Origin: the human T2T-CHM13v2.0 reference genome, Homo sapiens
DNA: 64,000 bases
Assembly: GCF_009914755.1 (NCBI RefSeq)
Contig: NC_060930.1
Reading direction: 5' to 3' (one strand)
The notes below the pieces were generated by a model. That model was not told the DNA's origin. It worked only from the letters and a program-made list of their open reading frames with translations, and searched no databases. Both the position numbers and the translations under genes were made by a program. Position 1 is the first letter of the stretch. Each line of letters starts with the position of its first letter. This document shows positions 48,621 to 64,000 of this stretch, piece after piece.

Positions 48621-50129
48621 AGCAAGTTTTACATATAAAAAAAAACCTTCAACAGTAATATGGAAGTGATATTACCAGACAAACCTCAGGTAGATGCACT
48701 GGCCTTTCTAGCTGCTGTCACCATGCTGTGGATAACGCTGCCCATGAGGTACACCTAGGGACACTAGAAGCCTATGCCCAGGGGCACTAACACCGTGAAG
48801 CAAACCGGGAATGGATAGAATGAGGAAGACTTACTCGCCCATGAGCTTCTCCCATGTTTGTTCTTAGGGACAGAACACAGTAATCAACAAAAATGATTTA
48901 CTCCTCACAGTCAGGCCTAGCATTTTGATCCTGTCTCAAATGTGTCTTTTCGGTAAATTGAGGCATTTTCTTCCATGTACTCTCTCCCAGCAATGATATT
49001 TACCTATATAATCCATATGAATTCTCTGAAATGCAACGATCAAATTCAAATAAGAGAACCTGAGAATAATCAAAAGCAAATTGTCAGAGAATCATCCCGA
49101 GCGGATGCTGTTTGCTGACAGCTGCACAGCACAGGATGATATGTCCTTCGGCCCCTTGACACCAAGAACTATCTCCCAAATTCTGTTTCCATACCCACAG
49201 TGTTGTGAAAGCTCGATCCCTATGAAGCCACGGATTCCAGGTGGCTCCGTCGGATCACAAGCACTCAGGAAACAGGAAAGGCAGCCTCATTCTGCTGCAT
49301 CAACAGGAGGCCAGTCTTCGCTGGGCTCCAGGCGTCACAGGCAGCAGAGCAGCGGCGGAAGTAGACAGGGCTTGGAGAGTTATAAGCCATTCCCTAGTGC
49401 AGCTTGTGGCTTTCAGAAGTAGATTCCCTGAAAGAGACTCACTCCACGTTCATTGAAATTCATAGATAAGCTACAGAAACAGCAAAACACAAGCTATTTA
49501 GCAAACTTTAATTACTCAACTGAAGTAATAAAATATGCATGAGAAAAGAGAACATCCAGCTAGTCTATAAACTAGCCAACAAATTAATTAGCACTTAATA
49601 ACAGGAAATTTCTATCAATTGGCAAAAGCACCATAAATTACTTGTGGAATACAAAGATTTTATTTTTCTGTTACTATTTTCAGTAACTAAGTTTTGGCCA
49701 TTATTCACGATGTTTTATTTGGAGAATACAGCATGATTAATAGAATATAATATTAATAATCTTGAAAATTGATTTCAGAATGTGATATCTACCTTTAATA
49801 AAGGGCTAACAACATATTTTGATATAGAAATATTGGTCAAATGCTTCAACTGACATCTTTACTTCCCCAATATTAAATTTAATATCAATGTAATGGATAA
49901 GGCAATACTTAACATTATTGCATGGCAGGGCCCCATAGTACTTAATGTAGGAAGTAAGATTTACATGTGGAGTATGAGAGCTGCAGAATTTGAAACATTC
50001 ATGTTAGCATTGGAAAAATTGATTTTATGCTTGCATGTAGTAGAACTTGTATTACGTCTATAGTAGGCTCATACATTCGAGAAAAAATAATTCAACCCCC
50101 AAAAGATGTGTAGTAGTTGGCCTTATGGA

Positions 50130-52310
<2,181 letters not shown>

Positions 52311-55300
52311 ACCAAAGTATTCATTATTACGATATCGTCTAACTTGGACTAAATAGCACAATTTGGCAATATCAACCCAAATATATATTAGATATACTCA
52401 TCAATACATGGATTCTATTATAAATATATCCTCTGGTAAAAGTCTACATGTTTTTTGTAATATATGAATATTTATTTATTGAAATCATAACTTATAATAG
52501 CAAGAAATTAAAACCATCAAGTTTTCCTAAGACACTATTTAATAACATGTAATAACATGTAAATCTAAAACGTTATTTTAATAACTTGTGCCCATTGTTT
52601 TCCAAAAAGGGAGATGTTAAGGTTGGAGATATTGGAAAGGAAAAAGGAAGGAAATCATTTCATTTTTTCATGTTCCAAAAGCAAAGTGTTAAATTGCTTT
52701 GGTTGTATTTGCCAGAGAACTTGGGAAACAAGCATGACTTTCCATGAAAATCCCATCAGAAAAGAACTGGGGAAAAATTCATAAACTAAGAATTTTTCAC
52801 TTTATTGTCACTTTTAAATTACAGCTCCTCTCCCTTTTTCAATACGCAAGCATGTAGGGTAGCAGTGATCTCCAAACTTGTGCACCTGAGCTTAATGAAG
52901 AGCATGTAATGAGGAGAATGTAAATGCCACACAGCAGCAGTTTACAAACAAGCAAGCAAGTTAATCCAGTGTGGGTTAAAACAACACCGTGCACTGCATT
53001 TTGTCCCATAAAAAGCAATAATCTAAAAGGATACAATATGTGCGCAACACAGATGAAAAGTATAATTGAATCGCAGGCGGAAGGGAAAAGAAAAATAATC
53101 CTACAAAGGAAGGTAGTCGTTCAGCTGAAAATCAAAGCCTGCTGCTTCCCAAGTTACTTAGTAGTTTACTTTCCATTGCTTCTATAACCAACTTTGTAAA
53201 CTACCTGTGGATCACAGCTTCTCCTATTGGGCGCATCTGTGAGTGCACATTTTAGCTACCACAACACCGTAGTGTGTGAAATACATGAGCCAGCAACCTA
53301 CGAAGGAAAGGATATGTGACATTTTACCACAAAGAAACAATATATCCTCACATTGTTTATACATGTGTACGTTAAATCTTTATTTTGTATGTAACGTACT
53401 GAAATATTGTAATCACATATATTGATTCCAAGCAATACTATCAATTGCTATGGGAAAGTATTTCACCTGAACAGTCATTCGCTTCCGAAATGGAGAAAAT
53501 GGAAGGTCTTTACATTATAAAAGAAGACAACAAAAGCTAAGGTTTTAAGTCTCTTAATTACAAAAACAATTCAACATCTCAATTAAGCATTATCATGATT
53601 TTTGGCATCAATGGGCAAGGAAGATAAATGCTTAGCATTAAATAAATCACTGAGCAAAATGTTTTGCATGCAAAACTTTCAAGTTGTCCTTTTGTCAAGT
53701 CTTAGCTCCATACAAGTGAACGTTTCCTGCTTTCAAGGGACCCAGAATGTGTTGAAACTATTCAGACTTTTAGTTATTTTGAGATATAAGAAATTCTGTC
53801 ACATCTTGGATAGAAGTTATGTGAGGACTAAAATTGTGCTCATGTGTATGTTTATGTGAGTGCTTGTGTATTTGTTCTTCTGATTATATTCCTCCAGCAA
53901 CCACAAAAATACTGAGCCCAGAAGAAATGGGCTCCATTTGCCATGATGAAAGACACAACGTATACTGTGGCTCTTAACCATAGTAGTATAGTATTTCAGG
54001 GTAAAGGAAGGAGGGAGTACTGACCCCGTTATAAAGAAAACTGCCCTAAAATGTCACATGACCTCATTTTACTACTTCTGCTATCTCACCATTCACCAGA
54101 GTATGAGTTCTAACATCAGTAACTACATCAGTCCCACTGAGGAACTCAATTCTCAATATGACAGACTGGATCACATCAATAAATGTTTTAAGCACACATA
54201 AGAGTTTAGTGATAAACCAATTTCACATGGATTCAATTATGTCATTTCTCAATGCTTGCTTTTAAATCAATAGTATTCACATATATATATATAAAGTATG
54301 CTTGAGTATATTTATATTTTAAGGCAGTTTTGTAACCTTTCAGCTTATAATACTTTTAGAAATTAAAAACTGTATCTTTAAACAATAGATTTAAATCAAT
54401 AATGAAAGTATCCATTTCCTTATAACTTATAACATTGTATTTGTTACAACAATTAAACAACACTCTATGCTTACTAAATATTAATTACTATAAAATATAA
54501 CACTGTTTATTTTAAGACTGTGATTCTGGGTCAGACATAAAATTTGAAAGTTTTTATTTTTTCAGTATCCAGTTCGGTATATGGAACTGGTGAGGCCATT
54601 CTTCCTCAAAGAACGTGAAAAAGCAAGCATAATCTTGTGATTACTCTTGGAGAGAGAGGTAGCACTGGGAAAAAAGGTGAGAACTATAAGCCATATACTA
54701 GATGTTTATTTCTTCTTTTATTAAAGTGTGTAATATATTACTTTGTGCTTACACTACTATGTACATACAATTGAAATGTATTTCCACAACTTATAAATGT
54801 GGTTTGAACAATGAAAAAAACTGTATACTTAAATAATTAATATAATAATTACTTTCCCTCAAATGTTAAAGTATTAAAACTAAAAGTGACCCTAAATGTT
54901 ACCTAATTCATCTGTTTATTTTCTGTTAGAAAACATACAAACTAAAACTTACAAGGGACTTTGAAGAGTTAAACAATTTTCCCAGGTCACTTGCAAATAA
55001 AAGATAGTAGGTAGAAGATTAGAGTTGGCCCCCTTTTCATTGTACTTTGCAATATATAATTTCCCTTTCCATTTGAATTTATATAAAAAAGAAATCATGG
55101 GGGAGAGAGTAATTGAAAAGAATCGGCATAAAATGACTTCATAATAATATCAACTACTTAAGCAATAGGTAGCACTAGGCCTTTCCTTTATCACTCTAAT
55201 TTGAACAGACTTGTTTTTGTTTTTGTTATTACCTGAGGCTCACTATCATCTTTAGAGAAATTCTTACAAATCAGGTAAAGCTCAAGAAGACTACTAATAA

Positions 55301-55399
55301 TTCACAATATTGAGAAGAAACAGTGCAGAGATGACTTTAATGTGACCAGAATTCACTTATTCCACCAGTTATTATAGAGTCAGCATGGTAAAAATTTAC

Positions 55400-56330
55400 C
55401 AGTAAATCCATACAGATTTATTAATTTGTCAACTTCTTTAAAGCTTTTCAATTTAAGAAAATTGTATATAGTATCATCTTAAGATCTTTTAATACTTATA
55501 GAATCTGCAATTATATCTTGTATGCATCTCTTATATTGAAATTTTGTGTCTTATTTATTCTTGCTAGATATCCCATTGCTTTTAAAAATAATGTATCTAC
55601 ATTATTTTTACATAAATAACAAATGTATAAATATATTTTATAGATACATTATAAAGTTTGTTCATTCATCAATTTAAACATTCTGTATCTTGTTATTTTT
55701 GATCTAATATTTTATGTCTATTCACTTCTCTGTCCATGTACTTATTTTATTTGTTTATCTTAGGTAATAAAAGATATATTGAAAAACATCAAGTATCTTC
55801 CAAAATTAACAGGAAACCTACAATTTAGGCTCAATCTCAGAACCCTGGGGGCACAAAGATACCACTGTCTCCTTCCAGAGAAAACAGCCACACCCTAATT
55901 ACTGCCCTCTACTCCCCCAAACCTGGGCAGGTGCAGCTACAAGAAACTCATTCTTCCTCTAAAGCCACGTTAAAAAAATCATACCATAGATTTTGAGAGA
56001 AGATTAATAAATATTATTAGGTTGGTGGAAATGTCATTTTTTCATAAAATTCTGTTTCATGTATTCAAAACTCTTTTGATTACTGCACAGTTTCATGATG
56101 ACCTCTGCTCTTCGTTGGTATTTCCTTTTCACCACTATGAGGTGTTTCTCTTTACTCCTATTTAGTGTGATTTGCCTTAAATAATATTTTTATAATAGTA
56201 ATATTGTCACCACAGCTTCATTTTCTTACTATTTTCCTGCTATATCTTTTTCATCCCTTAATATTCAACATAAAAAAAATTTTCCTTTAAGTGAGACTCT
56301 TTCAGGTAGCACAACTTAACATTTTAAAAA
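55400..56330 (-). mobile_element. Decayed L1ME fragments
   Basis: T-rich antisense ORF2-like 'ttgccttaaataatat....tagtaatattgtcaccacagcttca'. Confidence 0.45.
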
Positions 56331-58234
56331 TGTTTAAAACGTGATATTTTGTCAAACAAGAAAATAAAGTTCAATTTTCCAAAATTTTATTAAACTGTTA
56401 TAAGTTATATTACAAATATGAAATTTCACAACCGAGCAGTGAAATTTGCTGTAATGGCAAACAAGTATAAATTCTTTTCTCAGTTTTCTTATTTCTGTGG
56501 TTAAAAAGCAACAACATAATCATCTTTTAAGCGTAGAGTATGTAGAGTATACTGGCATTAATGATATGCATCTTGTTATACAACATGTCTCTGGAATTTT
56601 TCATCTTGCAAAACTGAAACTCGATATCCTTTGACAACAACTTTCCTTTTCCTCCTTCTCCCACCTTCTGGCAACCACCATTCTACTTTCCATTTCTCAG
56701 AATTTGTCTACCCTAGGCACTTGAACTAAATGGGCTCATGAAGCATTGGTTTCTGTGGCTGGCTTATTTCACTGAGCACAATATCCTCAAGGTTCATCCA
56801 TGCTGAATCACATGGCAGGATTTTCTTCTATTTTAAAGGCTGAATGATATTCCATTGCATGTATATCTTGGACATCTAAGTTACTTCCTCATCTTTGCAT
56901 TGTCAATAATGCTGCAATGAACATGGGTGTGCAAATATCTCTTCAAGATCATGTTTTCAATTCTTTTGAATATATATCCAAAAGTAAGATTGCTGGATCA
57001 TATGGTAATTTTATTTTTAAATTTTTGAGGAACCTCCATATTGTTTTCCATAGTGGCTGCATGACTTCGCAACCTCACCGACATAGCACAAGGGATCCAA
57101 TTTCTCCACACCTTTTCCAAAACTTGTTATTTTCTAGGTTTGTTTTATTGTTTTGTTTTGTTTTGTTTCGTTTTGTTTTGTTTTGTTTTGTTTTGTTTCT
57201 ATAGTGGCCATCCTAAGAGGTGTGCAGTACTATCTCCTTGAGGTTTGTATTTGCATTTCCCTGATGATTCGTGATGTTGAACATCTTTTCATTGGCTTGT
57301 TAGCCATTTGTACACCTTCTTTGGAGAAAGGTCGACTTAAGCCCTTTGCCCATTTTAGAATTTATTCATTTATTTGTTCTTGAGTTATAGGAGTTCATAT
57401 AGGTTCTGAATATTAACCCCTTATCATAAAAATAGTTACAAATATTGTCTTTCATTTCCTGCCACACCGTTGTTTCTTTTGCTTTGCAGAGATTTTAAGT
57501 TTGAAATTGCCTCATTTGTCTATATTTGCTTTTGTAGCCTGTGCTGGTGGGATCATATCAAAACATCTGTGGCTATATCCAATATCAGGAAGCTTCCTAG
57601 ATGTTTTATTCTAGGAATTTTATAGTTTCATGTCTTGCATTTAGGTCGTTAATCCATTTTGAGTTAATTGTTCCATATAGTATAAGGTAAAATTCCAACT
57701 TCATTTTTTTTGCATGTAGATATCCAGTTTTGCCAACACCATTTGTTGAAGAGACTAACTTTTTCCCATTGTGTATTCTTCATACCCTTGCTAATTATCA
57801 TTTGACCCATATATGTGAGGATTTATTTCTGTGCTCTCCATTCTGTTTAACTGGTCTGTGTGTCTGTCTTTATGCAGATACTTTACTGTTTTGATTATTG
57901 TAAGTTTGTAGTGTGTTTTGAAATCACAAACTGTGAAGCCTCCAGCTTCATTTGCTTTCTCAATTTTTGGTATCTTTTTAGATATTTATATGCAGAATAG
58001 CTAAGTTGTATATCTATATCTTCAAAATAATATTGCCCAAGTCAACTATTTATATCCCAAGGAAATGTTTATATAGTACTCAAGGTGCAGAATATAAAGT
58101 TGAAGCATAAAATTGTAAAAACATTTTTTCTCCTTCCAAAATAGTGGGATTTTGATATTTGGGTCCTTTGAGTTTCCGTATGAATTTTATTTTTATTTTT
58201 TTATTTTTGAAAAAATGCCATTGAACTTTACTTG

Positions 58235-60015
58235 TTATTTATTTATTTATTTATTTTTTATTATACTGTAAGTTCTGGGGTACATGGGCAGAACATGCAG
58301 CATTGTTACATAGGTATACATGTGCCATGGTGCTTTCCTGCACCCATCAACCTGTCATCTATATTAGGTATTTCTCCTAATGCTATCTTTCTCCTAGCCC
58401 CCCGACTCCCCGATAGGCCCCGGTGTGTGATGTTCCCCTCCCTGTGTCATTTTTCAACTCCCACTTATGAGTGAGAACATGGGGTGTTTGGTTTTCTGTT
58501 CCTGTGTTAGTTTGCTGAGAATGATGGTTTCCAGCTTCATCCATGTCCTTGCAAAGGACAGGAATTCATCCTTTTTTATGGCTGCATACTTTTCCATGGT
58601 TTATATGTGCCACATTTTCTTTATCCAGTCTATCATTGATGGGCATTTGGGTCGGTTCCAATTATTTGCTCTTGTGAACTGTGCTGCATTAAACATACGT
58701 ATGCATGTGTCTTTATAGCAGAATGATTTATAATCCTTTGGGTATATACCCAGTAATGGGATTGCTGGGTCAAATGGTATTTCTGGCTCTAGATCCTTGA
58801 GGAATCACCACACTGTCTTCCACAACAGTTGAATTTACACTCCCACCAACAGTGTAAAAGTGTTCCTATTTCTCCACATTCTCTCCAGCATCTGTTGTTT
58901 CCTGACTTTTTAATGATCGCCATTCTAACTGGCGTGACATGGTATCTCATTGTGGTTTTCATTTGCATTTCTCTAATGACCAGTGATGATGAGCTTTTTT
59001 TCATGTTTCTTGGCCACATAAATGTCTTCTTTTGAGAAGTGTCTGCTCACATCCTTTGCCCACTTTTTGATGGCGTTGTTTTTTCTTGTAAATTTGTTTA
59101 AGTTCTTTGTAGATTCTGGATGTTAGCCCTTTGTCAGATGGATAGATTGCAAAAATTTTCTCCCATTCTGCAGGTTGCCGGTTTACTCTGATGATAGTTT
59201 CTTTTGCTGCACAGAAGCTCTTTAGTTTAATTAGATCCCATTTGCCAATTTTGGCTTTTGTTGCCATTGCTTTTGGTGTTTTAGTCATGAAGTCTTTCCC
59301 TATGCCTATGTCCTGAATGGCACTGCCTAGGTTTTCTTCTAGGGATTTTATGGTTTTAAGTCTTACGTTTAAGTCTTTAATCCATCTTGAATTAATTTTT
59401 GTATAAGGTGTAAGGAAGGGGTCCAGTTTCAGTTTTCTACCTATTGCTAGCCAGTTTTCCCAACATTATTTATTAAGTAGGGAATCATTTCCCCATTGCT
59501 TGTTTTTGTCAGGTTTTTCAAAGATCAGATGGTTGTAGCTGTGTGGCGTTATTTCTGAGGTCTCTGTTCTGTTCCATTGGTCTATATATCTGTTTTGGTA
59601 CCAGTACCATTCTGTTTTGGTTACTCTAGCCTTGTTGTATAGTTTGAAGTCAGGTAGTGTGGTGCCTCCAGCTTTGTTCTTTTTGCTTAGGATTGTCTTG
59701 GCTATATGGGTTCTTTTTTGGTTCCATATGAACTTTAAAGTAGTTTTTTCTAATTGTGTGAAGAAAGTCAATGATAGCTTGATGGAGATAGCATTGAATC
59801 TATAAATTACTTTGGGCAGTATGGCCATTTTCACAATATTAATTCTTCCTATCTATGAGCATGGAATATTTTTCCATTTGTTTTGCTCTTCTTTTATTTC
59901 CTTGAGCAGTGGTTTGTATTTCTCCTTGAAGAGGTCCTTCACATCTCTTGTAAGCTTTATTCCTAGGTATTTTATTATTTTTATAGCAATTGTGAATGGG
60001 AGTTCACTCATGACT
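58235..60015 (-). mobile_element. 5'-truncated L1PA7/8-like insertion
   Basis: (ATTT)n tail at 58235-58262, L1PA 3'UTR, and ORF2 C-terminal pieces (ORFs 58789-59019, 59001-59288, 59466-59834). Confidence 0.9.
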
Positions 60016-60788
60016 TGGATTGTGTTGAATCTGTAGGTCACTTCGGGTAGAATGAACATTTTAACGTTATACTAAGTTTTTCAATCTGTGAACACGGAAT
60101 GTCTTTCTATTTATTTGTGTCTTTAATTTCTTTCAGCAATGCTTTGTAGTTTTCAGTGTTCATCTTTTGCCTCCTTGGTTAAGTTTATTGTTGAGTACTT
60201 TATTCTTTTTGATGCCATTGTAAATGTTATTGCTTTCCTAATTTCCTTTTTGGATTATCCATTGTTAGTTTATAGAAACGTGACTGATTTTTGCATGTTG
60301 ATTTCAGATCTTACAACTTTACTGAATTCATTTATTAATTATAATAACTAATTGTGGACTCTTTAGAGTTTCCTACATATAGGCTTATGTCATCTGCTAT
60401 CAGAGATACTTTTACTTCTGCAATTTCAGTTTGGATACTGTTTATTTCTTTGTCCTGCCTAACTGCTCTGACTAGGACTTCCAGTGTTATTTGAACAGAA
60501 GTAGTGAGAGTGGGAATCCTCTTCTTGTCCCTGATCTTACAGGAATGGCTTTCCATTTTTCCCTGTTGAGTGTAATGTTATCCGTGTGATTTTTATGTAT
60601 GGCCTCTATTATGTTGAGGTATTTTGTTTAATTCCCAGTTTGTTGAGAGTTTTCATCATGAAGAGAGTCAAATCTTATCAAATTCTTACTCTGCATCAAA
60701 TTCTTGTTCTGAGATGACTGTGTGGTTTCTGACTTTCGTTCCTCAATGTGGTACATTACACTAATTGATTTTTACATGTTAAACGATC

Positions 60789-61395
60789 TGCTATGGTTTG
60801 ACTGTGTGTCCCCTCCCAAACACATGTTGAAATGTAACCGCCTTTGTTAGTATTAAAAGGTCTCATCTTTTAATACTATTACAAAGGCGGTTACATTTCA
60901 ACATGTCACACACCGGGGACTGTTGTGGGGTGGGGGGAGGGGGGAGGGATAGCATTAGGAGATATACCTAATGCTAAATGACGAGTTAATGGGTGCAGCA
61001 CACCAACATGGCACATGTATACATATGTAACAAACCTGCACGTTGTGCACATGTACCCTAAAACTTAAAGTATAATAATAATAAAATTAAAAAAGAAAAA
61101 AAAAAGATGAGACCTTTAAAAGGTGAGTAGGCCATTCAGGCTCTGCCCTCATAAAGGGATTAATGGCATTATTGCAGGAGTAAATTTCTTAAAAAGGATG
61201 AATTTGGTTCCCTTTTATCTCTCTCACCCTCTCATCCCTTCCCATAAGATGATGCAGCAAGAAGCCTCTCACCAGATGCCAGCACCTTGATATTGGACTT
61301 CCCAGGCTCCAGAACCGTGAGAAATACATTTCTTTTCTTTATAAATTACCCAGTCTCTGGTATTCTGTTATAATAGCACAAAATGGGCTAAGTCA
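60789..61395 (+). mobile_element. MST-type solo LTR (interrupted)
   Basis: 'tgctatggtttg' ... 'aaatgggctaagtca'; TSD cgatc / ccatc. Confidence 0.88.
60907..61105 (+). mobile_element. Very short L1PA3/4-type 3'UTR insertion with an inverted flank duplication
   Basis: 'cacacaccggggactgttgtgggg...aaaacttaaagtataat' plus A-tail; the 5' flank is a hairpin at 60822-60906. Confidence 0.95.
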
Positions 61396-62613
61396 CCATC
61401 CTTGCATTCCAGTAACAAATTCAAGTTGGTTATGGTGTATAATTATTTTAATGTGCTGATGAATTTGGTTATCTAGCATTTGCTGAGAATTTTGCATCAG
61501 CTTTCATCATGGACATTGGTCTATAATTTTTTTCTTCTAGTATCTTTGTTTGGCTTTGGTATCAGAATAATGGTGACATCATAAAATGAATTTGAAACAG
61601 GTTGAGAAGGACTGACATTAAGAATTTTTTTAAAGTTTCATAATAATATAGTTTATTTCTTTTAGTTGATTACTCCATTTACCTTCATTAATATATATAA
61701 TATATTTAACTTATTTATAGCATCTTATTTTGTGTGCTGCACTTACTAGTTTTTTTTCTATCCATTTTAACTTTAATTCCATATTTCACTTTATTGTTCA
61801 CATAAAGCCTGTTGCACAGACTTCTCTCCCTATATGGCATTAAAGACACAACCCTTGTGGTTAAGATTTATATTTGGTATAAATTCTCCTGAGGTATCAC
61901 ACATTTATCTGACTTTAAGTTTTATCTATAATCCTAAAATTATACAACTCTTATTTCAATATAGACTCAAAAATAATTTTGTTATATTTTATTCAGTCAC
62001 CCATTCTATTGGAGGCAAATAGAAGGATTCCTAAAATAGTTTAGTAGCTTCCAGACTTCCAACTATTTTTTAGTTTGGAAACTTTTTGACAAGTTTTAAT
62101 ATATTTACTTCCATTTGTTTATGCTGACCAGATAATAATATTCTAGCATCAAAATATGCCAAATCATTAAACATCTTAAGTAGATTTTCTTCAAATGGAG
62201 AAACACCAAATAATTTTTTAAAGTTTTAGTTCTTGAAAACAGAAATCTTGATATTTATTTCATCAGGAGACTAAGAGATGTGAATGACAGCATTTCATAG
62301 GATATCTGACAACCCTGGTGTAGGTAAAAGGCAAAGAGGCAGGAATTAAGTTGGAAATTGAGAAAAGACTGTGAATAATGGCAAGCAAATTGTGAGCAAA
62401 GAAGAAAACTAAAATATTGCTCAAATTTATGTGACCAAAAAATAATGACACTAATAATCAAAATAGAATACCTAGAAAACTGATCTGAGTTAAAGATTGG
62501 GATACATATTATGAATCCCTTTTAAAATTTTAACATTGAAATAACAAAGTGTTTTCTAAATTGGCATACTATAATAAATAAAAATTGTAGGTCCCAAACT
62601 CTGTATTTCTAGG

Positions 62614-62978
62614 TGATAGGGTTTGGCTGTGTCTCCACTCAAACCTCATCTTGAATTGTAGCTCCCATAATTCCCATGTGTCATGGGAGGGACACAGAGG
62701 GAGGTAATTAAATCATGGGGGCAGGTCATGCCCCAAACTGTTCTCATGTTTGTGAATAAGTCTCACTAAACCTGATGGTTTTATAAATGAGAGTTTCCCT
62801 GCACAAGCTCTTTCTTGCCTGCTGCCATGTGAGACATGTCTTGCTTTCCCTTTGCCTTCTGCCATGACTGTGAGGCCTCCCACCCATGTGGAACTGTGAG
62901 TCAATTAAACCTCTTTCCTTTATAAATTACCCAGTCTTGGGTATGTCTTTATTAGTATTGTGAGAATGTACTAATAGA
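62614..62978 (+). mobile_element. THE1 (B/C-like) solo LTR
   Basis: 'tgatagggtttggctgtgtc...ccagtcttgggtatgtctttattag...actaataga'; TSD ctagg / ctggg. Confidence 0.93.
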
Positions 62979-63049
62979 CTGGGTACGATTAAGAATGCTA
63001 GTATTTGAAATTATGAGAATGACAAGCAATAAGAAAAACAAAGATGCAT

Positions 63050-63600
63050 TTATACGTTTACAAATATTTACTGAGAACCCACTCTGTGAGGACACTCTTC
63101 CAGGTGCTGAGCAACACAACTATTAAAAACAAGAAGACAATCTAAATCCTCAAGAAATTTTATATTTCAGAGATAAAGTCAGATATTAAGCAAATGAGAT
63201 TAATTATATTTGCTAAAATAAATGAATTTCTGAGATAAAAATAATGGGGATAGGGGACACTCAGGGAAAGCCTTGAAAGATGAGAAAGAAACAGTTATGC
63301 ACAGAGCAGAGAGAAGGGGAAAGGCCTCAGGGGAAAGGCTCAGTACAGCAAACTCCGAAAGCACCAAGGAACTCACTTTGTGGAAGGGGATAGGAAGCCA
63401 AAATGTTGGGAATGGCATGATCATTATGAGCAAGAAGGAGTTGGAAGATATAAAATAATCATAGTTAGGTTTGGAAGGAAAAATAGCAGGCACATTTTGC
63501 AGGTACTTGCAGGCTTTTTTAAAAGATTAATTTTAAGTGCAAGGTGCTGAGCTTACCTAGTAAGACAAATGACTTTAAAAGTTCAATCTGGCTTCTGCAT
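63050..63600 (-). mobile_element. L2 3' fragment
   Basis: 'caaatatttactgagaacccactctgtg...aggtgctgag'. Confidence 0.6.
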
Positions 63601-63608
63601 TACAGTTA

Positions 63609-63973
63609 TGCTATGATCCAAATGCTCCTATCTCCACAAAATTCATATGTTGAAATTCTAACCTGCAAGGCAACAGTTTCTGGAGATGGGACCGTTGGGA
63701 GGTGACTGAGTCATGAAGGTAAAGACCTCATGCTCGGGATTAGTGCCCTTATAAAACAGACAACAGCGAGCTGACCAACCCCTTCTACCCTGTACAAACA
63801 CAGCAAGAAGGTGTCATCTATGATCCAGGAGAAAGGTCCTCACCAGACACCGAATCTGCCAGCACCTCAATCTTGAACTTTCCGGCTCCAGAACTGTGAA
63901 AAATAAATGACTGTGGTTTGTAAGCTGCCATTTCAAAGCTATTTTGTTACAGCCGCCCAAACTGATGAAAACA
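63609..63973 (+). mobile_element. MLT1A-type solo LTR
   Basis: 'ctccacaaaattcatatgttgaaattctaacc...gaatctgccagcacctcaatcttgaactt...aataaa..tgtggtttgtaagc'. Confidence 0.88.
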
Positions 63974-64000
63974 GGTGGATCCTGGAGGGGCAAAAATGTA

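Larger units (their letters stand above)
56490..61600 (-). mobile_element. Old L1 (L1MA9/L1MB-like) 3'UTR and ORF2, hosting nested L1PA, MST LTR and L1 tail
   Basis: 3'UTR 'tcatcttgcaaaactgaaact...ggcaaccaccattctact'; antisense ORF2 continues across each nested insertion. Confidence 0.85.

Noticed and set aside
49081-49422. 113-aa ORF as a protein-coding exon
   Set aside because: It has a non-ATG start, no recognisable domain and no consistent exon chain.

Overview
Ape (hominoid primate) nuclear DNA, intergenic or deep-intronic; the species and locus cannot be fixed from the sequence alone. It carries Alu J/S/Y elements, L1PA, LTR12C, MLT2A, MST and THE1 elements. I find no credible host protein-coding gene, RNA gene or prokaryote-type system. 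Most ORFs in the track come from Alu, LTR, L1 or simple-repeat sequence, and the only real protein homology is to broken L1 ORF1/ORF2. Well over half the window is nested retroelement sequence: ancient L1M fragments, a near full-length L1MC-type element, two MST LTR-int-LTR elements, several solo LTRs, and about a dozen Alus. Unique islands that retain CpGs (about 6.5-11.5 kb, 49.1-49.5 kb, 52.8-53.3 kb) look regulatory, and one contains a consensus CTCF core. The most notable observations are insertion and repair scars. (1) Two neighbouring twin-primed L1PA3-like insertions share many apparently non-consensus, mostly amino-acid-changing variants. (2) A short L1 insertion has an inverted, fold-back copy of its target site instead of a normal TSD. 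(3) There is a ~100-bp-arm palindrome with templated repeats. (4) An ~80-bp locally templated insertion sits inside an MST LTR. (5) A tail-less AluY still has an 18-bp TSD. Repeat subfamily names come from recalled consensus sequences and need RepeatMasker/Dfam confirmation. I cannot support a new biological system here.
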